Source of the DNA: Octopus sinensis
Taxonomy: Eukaryota
Direction of reading: 5' to 3'
Length of the DNA: 64,000 nucleotides
Assembly (NCBI RefSeq): GCF_006345805.1
Contig: NC_043000.1
Coordinates: 43,524,001 to 43,588,000 of the forward strand
The notes under the pieces were generated by a model, which worked only from the letters and a program-made list of their open reading frames with translations, ran no database searches and had not been told where the DNA came from. Shown piece after piece: positions 12,885-27,178 of the stretch. A program made the position numbers and the translations under genes. How positions within the stretch are numbered: position 1 is the first letter of the stretch; every line of letters begins with the position of its first letter.

Positions 12885-13015
12885 GGGAGGGGGTTTAGTC
12901 GATTACATTGACACCAGAGTTTCTCTGGGCTTAATTTGTCGACTCGAAAGGATGAAAGGCAAAGTCGATCTCTGAGGAATTCGAACTTCGAACGTGTAGA
13001 CGGACGAAATAATGC
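12885..13015 (-). mobile_element. Partial SINE (family of 9215-9451)
   Basis: Contains gtcgactcgaaaggatgaaaggcaaagtcgatctc. Confidence 0.75.
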
Positions 13016-13594
13016 CAATCATGAATAATAATAGTAATATAATGATGCTTTCATTTGCCAACAGAAATTCTCCTTTTACACAAATCACGTCACAGAAATC
13101 GCACAGGAACTTGTGAGGGGGTGTATATATCATTATATAATGATGCATGCCACTGTAAAATCTTTGCACTTTGAGAATATTAATATTTCGTAAATAAATG
13201 CAGAGATTACTGAAAACTCTGTAATATATATATACTTACATAAAACAAAACTGAATAATATGCAAAAATAAAAGAATCTCTGCAGGAATAATTATGGAGA
13301 AGCCACCAAATGAATTAGTGGCTGATCCTCTACCCCCTTAAGAGCATTCACATGTGCATAATTCCAAGTGTGCTTGATGCAACTGACAGCAGAGAATCGA
13401 CACACGTCTTCTAGTCGGTTGCATATTATAGCGTATATATTATTTAGTCTTTATTCACGAATAATTTAGGTCCTCCAAGTTAACGATTTGATCAAGATAA
13501 TATATACCATGCGTAAAAAAATCATAATGCAGGACAACCAAGACAGAGTGGAGTGGAACTCGTGTTCAAGGAAATAAATCAACGCAACAGGTAT

Positions 13595-13738
13595 TACAGT
13601 AACACCTCACTTTATGAGAACCCGCTTTACGAGACCCTGGTTTACGGGTTTTTACTAGTATTATTTTCTGTTTACGAGTTTTTGCTTTACGAGCGTTCTG
13701 CAGAAGAGAATTAACTCGTATATAGAAGCATTACTGTA
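13595..13738. mobile_element. pogo/Tigger-type MITE
   Basis: TA-CAGTAACACCTC...GCATTACTG-TA termini with a TA target duplication; repeated internal tttacgag motifs. Confidence 0.7.
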
Positions 13739-14038
13739 TATTCGACTGATAGTTATAATCATTTTTGTGTACACTTCTTAAGAACAATTTTACAGAGAAA
13801 GAAAACAACTCCTGGAGAATGGAAATTAAATGAAATACATTTTAAGTACAAAGTCAGCAAAGTGAAATACAGAATATTGAATTAAATCCTACAGTGTTTA
13901 AACTCGACAAAATATAATATAGCCAGTGATAAATGAATCACTAAAGAATGTAGCCATCATTAACTTAATAGATTTATCGAATTATGTCCAGCAAAAGAAG
14001 AATCCGTTATACATATTTTGAAGTGTTGTGTTTCTTAG

Positions 14039-14106
14039 GCATTTAATCCGAAGCAGAAAGGCGGCGTCTTTTAATATCGGCATTCGATTTAAAAAGCATA
14101 TCAAAA
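14039..14106 (+). CDS. Coding exon (phase 2-1), HLIRSRKAASFNIGIRFKKHIK
   Basis: Acceptor gttgtgtttcttag| and donor AA|gtaaat; only one frame is open, and it bridges phase 2 (exon 1/454) to phase 1 (exon 18178). Confidence 0.55.
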
Positions 14107-14289
14107 GTAAATACTAGACTGATAAAAGCAATATTGAAGTAATACACGTGCGCTAATTATTATAAAAGAGATGTATGAGCAACGATAAAGAATAAATAAA
14201 GTAATTAATGGAAAGAATTGAAACTGAAACATCAGCGAGCGTACGGAGATTTGTAGGAAACAACGACACTTTTGAAAAAAATAGAAATA

Positions 14290-15000
14290 AACAAAATTAT
14301 AGCCAAAGTGAACATTGCAAAGAAAACAAAACATTTGAGGTATGATAACAAACTCCCTGGTATAGCTGATCTAGCATTATAAACAACATACAACATAGAA
14401 TTGAGATGAAATCTCACTAGTTAAAAGAAAATTTTATCTAAATTTAAAATATGATAAGACTCACAAAACAAGAAAGAAAGAAAAGGCAACAGCACAAATA
14501 TACGATGATTGTTTAATCTGTATAAAACATTCAAACATATACACGATTAAAAATAAAGAATTATACCGTCAACGTTACACATTGGGAGCAAACAAAATGA
14601 CATCGTGCATCACAAAGGAATCCACCAGCATTAACATTGATGGGAAGTAACTGAACCAGTAACATGTAAGAGATATTCAACAATATATTAGGGAAAAAAA
14701 GGTAAGCGCATTGCCAATGAACACCTAAAGAACTCTTAATATAATGAGCTAATATAAAGTCTTGTAAGATTTTAAAGGAATGACATGGATATCAGAATAA
14801 AAATGAGAGAATGATTGAGTCGTAATTACAGTATCTAGGGAAACATGGTTTAATCTCAATGCTGATAAGCCCTCAACCAAATCCCAATCTCCATAACAAC
14901 GGACAGAATATATACTACATAAATTTTAGAAAGGACAGACCTAACATTATTTAGTCAATAACAAATTTGCAACATAGCATGAAAAGAAACAGTTTTCAAT
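14290..15000 (+). mobile_element. Highly degenerate RTE LINE RT fragment
   Basis: KVNIAKKTKHLRYDNKLPGIAD resembles IxNLRYADD; downstream TKESTSINIDGK*L resembles the RTE post-RT region. Confidence 0.4.
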
Positions 15001-16399
15001 AACAACAATGCTCAATATAAATCATTTAAAAATCCACGTTTGCATCTGGATAAGCAAGAACATGAGTGTTACTATTTCAATTACATATTGAGTATCACAT
15101 ATTTTATTTACACTTAAAATGTAAAAAAATATTATTTGCACTGTGTAGAGCAAAATATGGAGCAGTTATTTGCATGGCAGGTTTAGTGTATGTCATCGGA
15201 TAACAAATTCCTTTGATAATCACATTCGATTAATGAAGTACGGCATTCTGGTACACCAGTGCCTGGCCACATTGCGTCTAGTCAGCCAGAAAGTGTCGGA
15301 ACTCTTAGTGGTTCTTTATTGTAGTGACCTTCAGAAAGAAAAACGCAATGTTTATCTCAGTTGGATCTAAAATCGGAACGTAAAAATCGCATTGAATGTC
15401 ATAAAAATTTCGCCGATTCCCTTAAAATTCTGCGAACCTGGAAATTAAGAATTCATACTTTTAAGTTATTTCATTCTCATTTATATAATAAAACGCATAG
15501 AAGTTTTATTTATTAGTTAATCCTACAGTTATATTTTAAAATTTTCATTGCACATTATCAGAGTCCTCAAGCGGATAAACACAAATGACTTTAAAAATAT
15601 TGAATAAAAGGTAATCGCAATCCGATAGTACTTCGTGAATGTTTTATAAATAAACGATATGTAGCAATTATATTTTCAGTGGCATATCATCTTAGTAAAT
15701 TCTCGAATATTAAACATCATTTTAGAGATATATTTGTTAATTCTGGACTTAAAAGCAATTTCTAAAATGGCTGCATCTATTAATGTATTTTTGAAGTGGA
15801 AGTGTTTTTACCTATTGAATTGATCTTATTTCCAATATGATTTCGAATGCCAAAAAATATTTGAACCAATCGAACAATTATATATATGTATATGAGTTTT
15901 AACGTATGAATGAAAGAAATCTGTGTTTGTAAATAAAAGAAAATAGATTAAATAATAATAGATGAATCTATAATATTTATGTTGACATTATAGATTATGA
16001 AACTGAAATTTTTTTTAAAATTTGCTCAATTGGCATATACATTATCAATATCTCTAAAATGCATCTCAATAATTGATACGGGTTCAGAATAACGTGCGTG
16101 ATCAGTGCTAGCTAATTCACTTTATGTCATATACATTTAATACTGTCTGGAATCTATTTAATTTCTTCTACCAATAAAATGAAGAGACGGATGTATAACA
16201 TGGTCCCAAATTTCACATTCCTTGAGATGATATTATAACTCCTATCTCAAAGAGGAAAATTCAGAAACAAATAACATTCATAAAAGAGATATTTTGAATA
16301 ATAAATAATATTTGCCTTATTTTGAATATTTGACATGAAATACAAACTAATTATTATATTTTATTTCTTATTTGGGTATAATGTAAAACCTGATTCCAA

Positions 16400-16750
16400 T
16401 ACTACTGTAAAGTTCCTGTTTGTTTCTTTGGCAATATGCAAGTCATGTCGCTTTTGGAAATTTCCTGGAGGAATTTGATCGAAAATGCTATCGATAATTA
16501 CTTACTTCCACATAAAGAAGAATTCAATATATGCCACACGGCAACCTTTGAAATTATGTATGGTTATTGGAAATACATTTCAAGAAAGCTTTATATAAGT
16601 CGTCTGGGGAAAGAAAGTACAATATCTACAATATTGTCATTGGTATTGAGAGCCTGTTGGAATATGAAACGCATCATGTACAGGTCCAAGGGGAGTTGTG
16701 CAAATGTCCTGCTCTGAGAGACATGTGTATTTTAACATATCTGGTAATAC
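16400..16750 (-). mobile_element. Degenerate LINE reverse-transcriptase relic
   Basis: Minus strand contains gacttatataaagctttc = DLYKAF (RT DLxKAFD motif), preceded by an HDAF-like and followed by a VAVWHIL segment. Confidence 0.4.
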
Positions 16751-18177
16751 ATACAGAATACTTGCGTATAATATGTATACAAGTTTTTTTCTCCATATAA
16801 ATAATAATCATTTTATAAATAATATTCAGTTTCAGTTTGTGGGGGTAAATCAGTCAGTACTATATGAAATTCGCCTGAAAGGAAAGTATCTTAATTGCCG
16901 TCATTCAACATCCATCGTGTAATTTCTGTTTTCACATTATAATGCACTCTGGTAAAAAAAAAAAAACTTTTATTCTCATTTGAAAGATAGCAACGAAATT
17001 ACATGAAGCAATTTTGATGGCAACTTAATTCAGGCTGGCAGATTTAAGTATCTGATTTTGTTACTGTCACGTGATACGTGATTTGTCTTAAATGTTGGCA
17101 TGGTCGTGAGTAAAACGCTATCAAACAATTGGTTAAGCTAAAATAACCTTTGAGTGCAGGTGATAATTTGTATCAAATGACATCATCTCTATGTTACTCC
17201 AAAAATCGAATGTGCTCTTTGGTATTTTTGTCGATGCATTTCAAGATTTGTGATAAGAAAATGATACACACACGTTATTCTGTGCGTGTACAAACACCAA
17301 AAATTGCATGCACGTATACACATAAACCTATTTAGCAATTATAAATCAGATTTAGAACGTATTATGATTATAACTGTAGATTATTAGCATAATTTGAGAG
17401 ATGGCAGGCAATGGAGAAACAAAAGAAATACAATAGTGTGTATGGCGTAGGTGATGTGCTTACATCTATATATGTTCAACAGTGGCATCCAAATTTTAAT
17501 TTTGTGTAATTTTCGTTATTGAAAACGATTAAGGTTTATAGAATACGGTTAATTCAAACAGAACACACGCACAATTTCATGGCTATGATAGGTTTCTCAA
17601 TGTATAAATTTGCTATATATGTTACAAACTGTATGCGTCTATATTGGGATGTCATTTGTTGTAGAGATCAGAATAACTTTGCTGGAAGATTAAACGCAAC
17701 TTTACTTCACTAGAACAGTCAAGTAAATGGGTCAGATAGAATTTAGTTAAGTATTTGAGCTATAAAGACAAATGATAAAGACAAAATATACTGATGTATA
17801 TGAAGTACTATAGAAGAAAATACGGCAGGTCAGTTTCACTGGCAAGTATTGGAATAACTAACGCAAATAAGTGAATTGTACCATACAGATTATAAACTTT
17901 ATGCTTTGGCAATATCTCTTCTACAATTTTTTGTGTTTCAATTGTTGGGTGGAACTTGAAACCAGCCGATAATTAGAAGAGTTGGTAGCCACAAGAAACA
18001 AATATTCTCTAGAAGTGAAATACGTCTCAGGAACAGGTTGCCACAATATCTCAGTGGCAAGCAATAAATAAGACAATAAATATGGGTATATCAAGTACCA
18101 TTGTTATTATATTCTTGATTAACTGAAACTATTGCTGTCTTCATGCACTGTAGAGAAATCTTTTTGCGACATTTCAG

Positions 18178-18275
18178 ATCTAAGTCATTTGAGAATGGGG
18201 GATGATATTGAGAACTTAGAAATCTTTAAATTTGATATTCTGTTAGCTAAAAGGCTATCGAATAAAGAAGGGAAA
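18178..18275 (+). CDS. Coding exon (phase 1-0), LSHLRMGDDIENLEIFKFDILLAKRLSNKEGK
   Basis: Acceptor tttttgcgacatttcag| and donor AAA|gtaaga; open frame with protein-like composition. Confidence 0.65.
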
Positions 18276-21200
18276 GTAAGACAACTTTGGATACGTAATT
18301 CCGGGTATTTAGGCATCATCAGCCTAGGTGTTGGTCTACTATATGATTAGAAGTAACTGAACTGGTTTAAAGCATAATGGGGTAATAATACACTAGCAGA
18401 ATCTTCGTCCTACTTCCTAAATATCAAATTGTGTTTGTCAAATTTGAAGAAATTTTTAATACTTGCCAAAAAAAAAAACATTTCCCGTTTGATGCTGGTC
18501 CCAATCGTCACTGTTCAGTTGTTCTCCCATCCTCGAAACAAAGCTAATATTAATAACTGGCGAAACAAAAACACGTATTTATCATATCATTATTCGCCTT
18601 ACCTTTCGAAAAATCACTGTACACAAACATAACAAGAGAGAAGTATTTATGTACATCATGTACATAATTACATGTTTACAGTACATGTCTATTGTTATTT
18701 GAAATCAGTATATGTCCTAGAAACAAATTAAGTAAATGCATATTATGATGATTGCTACATTACAGCTATACTCACGGGAACGTGATTACTATCATGGAAG
18801 GAGGATAAATGAACTACAATAACGCGCCTGTTAGTTTACATTACGGCCTAGAAGATTCAGACGTGAGAAAGTGATCTTGTTTTTCTCGTTATCGGAGAAC
18901 GTGAGTGTTGATAGTACTAGGTTCATTTATATAGGAGGCCTATGAAGCACCGCAGTTTATCAAATTTATTTCGTGTTTCCTCAGACCTACATATGAAATG
19001 AGCGTATTTGTTCTTGTCTATAAAACTCAGCAAATCAATTTTTTGCTAAAAATGTGCTGATGACTGTCAAATAGAAAGAATTCACGAGTTTCAAACCGAA
19101 GAGCCTGAATTAAGGTAGTATCCTAGCAAGTTATTCTCTACAGGTTTTGGTACGCCTAAATATCTGAATTGCCGACTAATCTGGCATCTGTAGGAAGCAT
19201 GTGACATTTTGTCTTCGCATCTCACTGATATTGCATAGCCTCAAATCGAGCATATATTACTAACATTTTAAACATTCCCTGCCACTTATATTATGTCTAA
19301 CCTGCGTGTCCTCTCTAATTCGTACACACCACGCTATGGAATTCTTCCTTTCGAGAGACATTTCTGAAGTCGCAAATTTTTCTTTATTCGAGAACAACGT
19401 TAATTACATCGAATATTCTCTCAGGGGAATTTGAAAGAGGTTTCTTCACTCTAAAAAAAATGAAAGACAAATGCGTTATATAATCTATCTACATTTTTAT
19501 AACAGCATTAGTTTTTCAGGCATAAAAGCGAGCTTTATAGTTAAGACAGGAATTACAGATACTACCTTTGATATATATTATGCTGAAAATTACTTATTCT
19601 ATCTTAGAAGTAATTTAGAATTTCTGCCAACGTACTGTTTAACAAAACCACTTAATGATAATATTTTGTGGTGTTGGAAAAATAAACAATGCAATAGATT
19701 TGTAAAACGCAAACTTGGTTTACCGTTTTGATGTAATTAAGTCAACGCAAATACTTGTTTACACTGGATCTATAATTAAATGAAATAAAACATTCAGTCC
19801 TCTATAAATTTGTACAAATTTATATTCTAATTCTGCACACGTGACTATTCCTAAACCAAAAAAAATACACAAGGCATATTTGTATTTATTTCAGGTAATT
19901 CTGACACATTTATGTCTTTGGAAAATAGAAATTTACATAAATAGAAACAGTTTTACCGTTCACTGTCAATATAAATAAAACCAGTTTGATTAAAGATTAA
20001 TGGTAATTTATGGTTGCTATTAGTACGTTCCTCAAACCCGTTTTCGAATTTCGTGCGTTATTTTCATTAATTTTAGCTACTTTTATGTAATTAGAAATCT
20101 AATATCTATAAAAATTAATTTTAACTAAAGAAAATCCTTATACAATATCCTTAAAACCATAATCACTTTCAAGAAAACTTAACAAAATTCACTTGTTTTC
20201 AAATGTATTAAACTAATTCCCCCCAAATAATAAATTAAGTTCGAAATTTAATTATTCTATAGAATATTTGACAAGTGGTGAGTATGCTATTTTCCAAGTT
20301 GTGTGCTCAAATAAAATTAGCGTAATTTAAATATTTATTGCATTCTTAAAATCTTATATTATTTCAATTAAAGACATCGGCGTTTTGAACGTGTTTGCAA
20401 GGTTATAATTATGCTTGTTATTTTTTTTATTTAACATGAAAATGAAGGAATTCCTATGATGATATATTTGGTAATGTGTATTTCACAAATTATCTACTCG
20501 GACGATATTGGTCCGTTAAGTGGTCAATGCGTGACTATCTGAAATATTTGATGCATAGAAATCACTCTCCCTCAATATATGTATTTACGTTTATAAAGCA
20601 ATGTAGCAATTCACACAGCTCTGACTAAATATAGCCGGAACAGAGCTTACTTTTGTAAACGAATGTATGTGATTCGTTCCAAAACATACTATATGATAAC
20701 AGGAAATCGTTCATTCCTGTATATTACCGACAACAGTCAACATATATGTCGTCCATGTTTTCAGTAGTTTGTGTATGTAATGTCAAGTAGCACTGATGCA
20801 TGCTCTATATTCTTGATTTCGTGCATCACCTTGACTCTATGTGATAATTCTATCGAAACCTTTGACAGAAGCGATAAACTTGTTTAAATTAGTCAATATT
20901 CACAACCTCTATTTGTATATCAATAGCATCTTCTGTAACAATAGGCTTCCAACTTTTAAGAGTAGCTTCTCAGGAGCAGAAAAAAATTTCAATACCACGA
21001 AATTGGACGTAAATATAAGACTTTATATTTAGATGGATATGTACCTTTTTCAGGGGATTGGACCGGATAAGCATACGAATAATGCACTGTTTTATCAATA
21101 TTTTCTCTGCTAAAGATAACTTCAAATAAGTTTTGAGCCGCACTATAAAAGTACCACAACAAAATACCAGATGTACCTATACAAAACGTAATGCGAAACC

Positions 21201-23814
21201 TCAGAAATAATTCTCACAAAAAAGGTGCTTGAACATTTGAGTCATTTAAGACGAGGTAAATTGAGCACAAAACAAGTATTACTTTACGGAAAAATCAGTA
21301 ATAAAAAATGGAAGCTTATTCGAGCTCGTTGTGTTTATGATATTCTTCCAACCATCCTTAAGTGTAATAACTTTTCCTTCGGTTACGTAAACACAGTTTA
21401 GATAGTTTTGTACAATTTGCTACTTTTGATTAGATCGAAACAAAACAAATTGATTATATGTTTTTATTTTCCCCATGTAGAGATGAAATATGTAAATTAA
21501 AATTGTATTTACTTTATATAACTCCAAGTTTGACAATTCAATTGGCGATAGCACTATTATAATTGATCGAAGTTCCAACTATTTTGTTTTTGCATAATAA
21601 GAAACAATTTAACTGATTATAATTAAACAATAATATAAAGTATTTATACATTTCTACATTTTGTCTTTTTCACCTACCTTACAACGTGAACAACTAAAAT
21701 CCATTCGATAAAAGTAGAAAAAAATGTTCCGAGATGGTAAAACCCATTCCCTTGTAAAGATGCTTAGACCTCATTTGGACATCATTTTCTCTTTCGCATT
21801 GGTTTATATTACACATGATATATATCTTTGCACTTGATATATATTACACGTTATTTGTTTCGTCTCTTTTCGTTTTGATATTCAATTCTTTCCTGCAATC
21901 GGTAAAATAATGTACCAATAAAATATTAGGGTCCATGTTACCAAATACCTCCCTTTTTCTCAAAATCTGTAGGGATATGTATATAATAAAATAGTCCTTA
22001 ATAAAATCTAACTTAAGGACATACCATAATCGGTAACCCACCACTCCTAATTGTCATTGATTTTTACTACCGAAATCTAAATTATTTCGTGTCATTTCCA
22101 GTAAATTACATCGTATCTTAATTGTAGAGACAGAAAAGGCATTTATCGACCTCATTTTCTCAAAGACATAACAAACACAAATAAAAACTACAAAACTGCC
22201 GATACACCGAACCAATGCTGACGAATAATTATTGAATTCTTTGATTTTTTCCAATTCATGAATTAATGAATAGTGATAGTGATATCAAAAGTAGTTTCTC
22301 TAAGAGCGTCGGAACAACATAAGAAATACTTCATATTTTACAACCAACTACAAACAGCTACTTCTTCTATCCTAAAGAATGGATTAAATCCTCTGTCGTA
22401 AAGAAAGGGTACATTGGGAAATATTGCTACGAGACAAATATTTCTATAAAATATTCATAATAAGGTTGTTATTTGAATGAATGATTTTGTCCGTAAAATT
22501 AACATGATAGTTTTGATGAAAGGCAAATCAACAAAACTAATTAAGCCGAATCACGATATGTAATCGGATGCACTTTCAGCAATTCTTAAAAGAGCGTTAG
22601 TCATTTCCTAGATTTCTGTGAGGCTGCGAGCATATCAGTATTAATGAACCATCGTAGTTATCGGATTTAGTGGTATAATAATTTATCATGTTTGTATAAA
22701 TTGCTTATTATCACATTATTATTAAAGAGAAATTTCACGAATAATGTACCAATTGATTATAGCAACCATACAGTTTTGATTAAGGCTTTGGATTTCCACT
22801 TCTAACAAAATGAAATCCAATTCTTAGCTTTATGTTTTGATTATAATTCTCCTAATTTCAACTTTAGTTTTCATCATCGTGAAAATGATAAAATAATATA
22901 AAATCCAATAGTTAGATTTAGTTTTACTGACTCCTATCGCGCAGGCCTCATCTTGGTGAAAGATTGTGATTATGAAATTCAAATGAATCCGCTCAAGCAT
23001 AGTTGCGATTAATGGGTATATTTCTATAAGCATAACAGAAACTGCATTACTACTGTTATAATCATGTGTCGATAGTAACGGAATAAATCTTCCATACAGT
23101 CGATAGTAAACAAGTACTACCGTTTTATTGTACCTGCTCTCATGCAAGGTTCATATTGTGGATCATGCCAATACTTTAATTAAAAAATGCTATAGAATAC
23201 ACACACACCTTACTGAAAATAACTTGAGTATTGAGTATTTTACATCCTGTTAAAAACGTTGAAATTTGATTGCGAGAAACATTAATATTTTGATTTTTTA
23301 AATTCATCTTAGTGCATATAGTTTGTATGCACTTAGTGCATATAGATATCTTAGTGCATATCTTATTCATATAGTTAGTGTTTCTTAATAGCTGTAAGTC
23401 ACGCAAATACTAGACGCTAGAGACATATATCCTAGATTTTTCCTACCATTTGTATTTCTTGATTATCAAACAACGGTTTTGTATAAAAAAGATTTCTTTT
23501 TATATAAAAATCAAAAGAGAATGTGTGGCGTCCTTGGAATATATAAAACAATTGTATGAAAATTATTAACTCAGTTACTTGAAAGAAAATTAAGCGAATT
23601 TGTTGTCAAGTCAAGATGCTAAGTAAATGAAATGCCCAAACTATATTGACGATATACCTGCTGCATATGGTGAGTACCAATATTAACCAAACAACATTCA
23701 TAATTACAGAATTTATTCTTTACGATATCATAAACTGACGGACGGAGAATGAAATCTCGTGACTTCATTCAGGAATTAACACAGGCGAGGTGGTAGAAAG
23801 ATTTATCGCATCAC

Positions 23815-25410
23815 GCTTTGATGAAAATTTTACAAAAACTTTCCAAAGTTTTGATGGAAATTTAAAAAAAACTTTTCCAAAACTTTGATGAAAATTTTCA
23901 AAACACTTTTCAAAGATTCTGATGAAAATTTTCAAAAAAACTTTCCAAAATTTTCAAAAAATTTTGAGAAACATTTTCAAAAATTTTGTTGAAACTTTTC
24001 AAAAATTTAATGAAAATTTCCAAAATTTTGACGAAAATTTTGAGAAAAAGTTTCAGAAATATTGATAAAAATTTTCAAAAAACTTTTAAAGAATTTTGTT
24101 CAAAAATTTTCAAAAATTTAGATGTAAATTTTTAAAAAACCTTTTCACAAATTTTGATGAAAATTTTCAAAAAACTTTTCAAAACTTTTGATGAAAATTT
24201 TCAAAAAAATTTTCAAAAAAATTTCCAAAATTTTGATTGAAATTTCCAGAAATTTTGTTGAAAATTTTCAGAACACTTTTGATGAAAATTTTCAAAAAAC
24301 TTTTAGAAAAATTTTGATGAAAATTTTTTAAAAAGCTTTTCACAAATTTTGATGAAAATTTTTAAAAAACTTTTCAAAAATTTTCATGAAAATATTCAAA
24401 AAACTTTCAAAAATTTTTATGAAAACTTTCAGAAAAATTTTTCAGAAATTTTGATCAAAATTTTCAAAAAACTTTCAAAAATTTTAAAAATTAAAAAAAA
24501 AAATTTTACAAAAATTTTGATCAAAATTTTCACAAAATTTTCAAAAATTCTGATTAATATCAAAACATTTGATGAAAATTTTCAAAAATCTTTTAAAAAT
24601 TTTGTTGAATATTTTCAAAACTTTTCAAAGAAATTTTCAAAAAACTATACAAAAATTTAGATGTAAATTTTGAAAACAATTTTCACAAATTTTGAAAAAA
24701 ATTTTCAAAAAACTTTACAAAAATTTTCACAAAATTTTCAAAACTTTTGATGAAAATTTTCAAAACACTTTTAAAACACTGTTGAAAATTTTCAAAAAAC
24801 TTTCCAAAATTTTGATGAAAATTTTCAGAGAAATTTTCAAAAATTTGGATGAAAATTAAAAAAAAAAATTGCAAAGATTTTGATGAAAATTTTTAGGATT
24901 TTTGATGAAATCTTCAAAAAAGTTTTTTTAAATTTTGATGAAAATTTTCAAAAAACTTTTCAAAATTGTTGAAAATTATTAAAAGTATTAAATGTATTTC
25001 ATACAATTTGTTCAAAATTTTGAAAAAAACTTTCAAAAATTTTGATGGAAATTTGAAAAAAAACATTTCCAAAATTTTGATGAAAAAAACTTTGACGAAA
25101 ATTTTCAGAAATTTTGATGAAAACTTTCAAAAAAGTTTTGAGCAAAATTTTGAGAAAAATTTTCCAAAATTTTGATGAAAATTTGACGGAAAACTTTCAA
25201 AAAGTTTGATGACAATTTTCAAAAAAATTTTCAGAAATTTTGATGAAAATTTAAAAAAATTTTTCTAAAATTTTGATGGAAATTTTCAAAAATCTTTTCA
25301 AAAATTCTAATGAAGTTTCAGAAAACTTTCCAAAATTTTAATGAAAATTTTCAGTAAAATTTTCAGAAATTTTGATCAAAACATTCAAAAATATTGAAGA
25401 AAATTTACGA
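23815..25410. repeat. About 1.6-kb A/T-tract minisatellite, unit about 32-33 bp (AAAATTTTGATGAAAATTTTCAAAAAACTTTTC-like)
   Basis: Continuous degenerate tandem array built from quasi-palindromic AAAATTTT blocks. Confidence 0.9.
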
Positions 25411-25619
25411 AGGGTCGCATGCGCATTCTGTCTCAAATCATAAACTTTACTGAACAGGACTGCAATTTGTTAAGAAAATTGTTGTACAATACAAAGCAAT
25501 ATACAATATATTAGATCGCGATCCTTCAAAATGTATAAGTTTAATCCTTAATGTACTAGTGAAAGTAATATATTGGTTTCACATTTTAGTACAATGCAAG
25601 CAATTTCGAGGTAGCGCGT

Positions 25620-25790
25620 AAATCGATTTCATCGACAAAGTCCTCAGCTGCTATTCATTTTATCGACCCCGAATCGGATGTAAGACAATATTGAAATCGG
25701 TAGAATATGAACTCAGAAGGTAAAGTTGGGTTGAATACTGATAAGTGATTTTGCCCGCGGTGCTGAAGATGCTGCCAGCTCGCTACCTCA
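25620..25790 (-). mobile_element. Old SINE copy (family of 9215-9451)
   Basis: Contains tttatcgaccccgaa and tgccagctcgctacc segments. Confidence 0.6.
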
Positions 25791-26554
25791 CCAGTAAATA
25801 TAATATATTAATTATAGATTTTATACGTAATTATAGATTTTATACGTATGCTACTAATAATTGTAAATTTATTATACTACTAATAATTGTAAATTTAAAT
25901 TGCATCCATATATGATTATCAAGCATTTAAACAAGTACATTTGACGTGAACATATCTGAGACTAGTGCGAAAAAAAGTCGATGAATCTTGCCTTATGTTA
26001 AAATAAATTTGGATTTGAATGAATTACCATTCGAAAGTTTGCTGATATCCATAAATATTTTAGTGTTTACTAAATAACATACGTTAGGTGTTATAAATAA
26101 ATCGCTGCACAAGGATTTATGTTTCATATATATGTAATCTAAGAATTAAGCAAACACTCAACAACAATAATAATAATATATATATAGATTAAATGTATTG
26201 AGGCGCTAAGCTTAAATCAAAATTTTCAAGTAAGGAATATGTGTAGGCAGAACATTTCTATTTAGATATCATATTAAATTTACGTGTAATGTAAAACGGA
26301 ATATATTTCAGCTGAAGACTAATTTCCTGGAGACAACAAACTACAAAATATTTTATCAATAGCTTAAAGTTGTCATTGCAAAATTGTTTTCTAATTACAA
26401 ATGTATTTGTTCATTTATTGCTTTGTATTTAAAATAAAACAATATTTTGAAACGAATGCTTGAACATATATTATTACATTTACGATATTCTTTCAAGAAA
26501 ATACAACATACATACGCACACGCACACACACACTCACACACACACACATACACC

Positions 26555-26635
<81 letters not shown>

Positions 26636-27077
26636 CACACATTTTCGGATTTAACAAGTGTGAAATTGAACGATATATGTTAAGACAATACAGGATGTAA
26701 CTTTCTAGATAATTTTATTCTGAACATATAGATATTTGCTATATTTAATCTTTCAAAATAAGCATGCGTAATACTGATGTGAATAAATTTGATAAATTCT
26801 GACTCATATGTAACTTGTAAGAGAGATTTTATATTTTCAATTATATTTAAAGTAAGAAAATAATTCAGGTATTAACTGAACATCTTGTTTCTTTCAGCAA
26901 ACATTATTACACAAATTGTATGATATTCCTACATTTTGAAAGAAATTATAAATCATTTGACGAGAGAAATATGCAAACAAAATCGCTACCACTTCTCACT
27001 TTAATACTAATTGTATAGCCGTCTTATTGTATATCAAGGTTTTGCATAGAAAAATAGTTATTAATAGTCATTTTTAG

Positions 27078-27178
27078 AAACACCTGCATGAATATTTCTT
27101 AACATCGATGTTTAAAAGTAAAAGAACTGGATTTCCTGTATACGATTTCCAATCAGTTATTCAGAATACCATTCTGAC
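27078..27178 (+). CDS. Coding exon (phase 0-2), KHLHEYFLTSMFKSKRTGFPVYDFQSVIQNTIL
   Basis: Acceptor gtcatttttag| and canonical donor AC|gtaagt; phase continues from exon 18178-18275. Confidence 0.7.

Noticed and set aside
16436-16800. Two overlapping plus-strand ORFs of 93 and 77 aa
   Set aside because: Better explained as the antisense of a decayed LINE RT (DLYKAF motif on the minus strand).
23623-23669. MKCPNYIDDIPAAY followed by a strong G|gtgagt donor
   Set aside because: In-frame stop immediately upstream and no acceptor; does not fit the exon chain.
24349-25175. K/F/N-rich ORFs
   Set aside because: Translations of the A/T-tract minisatellite.
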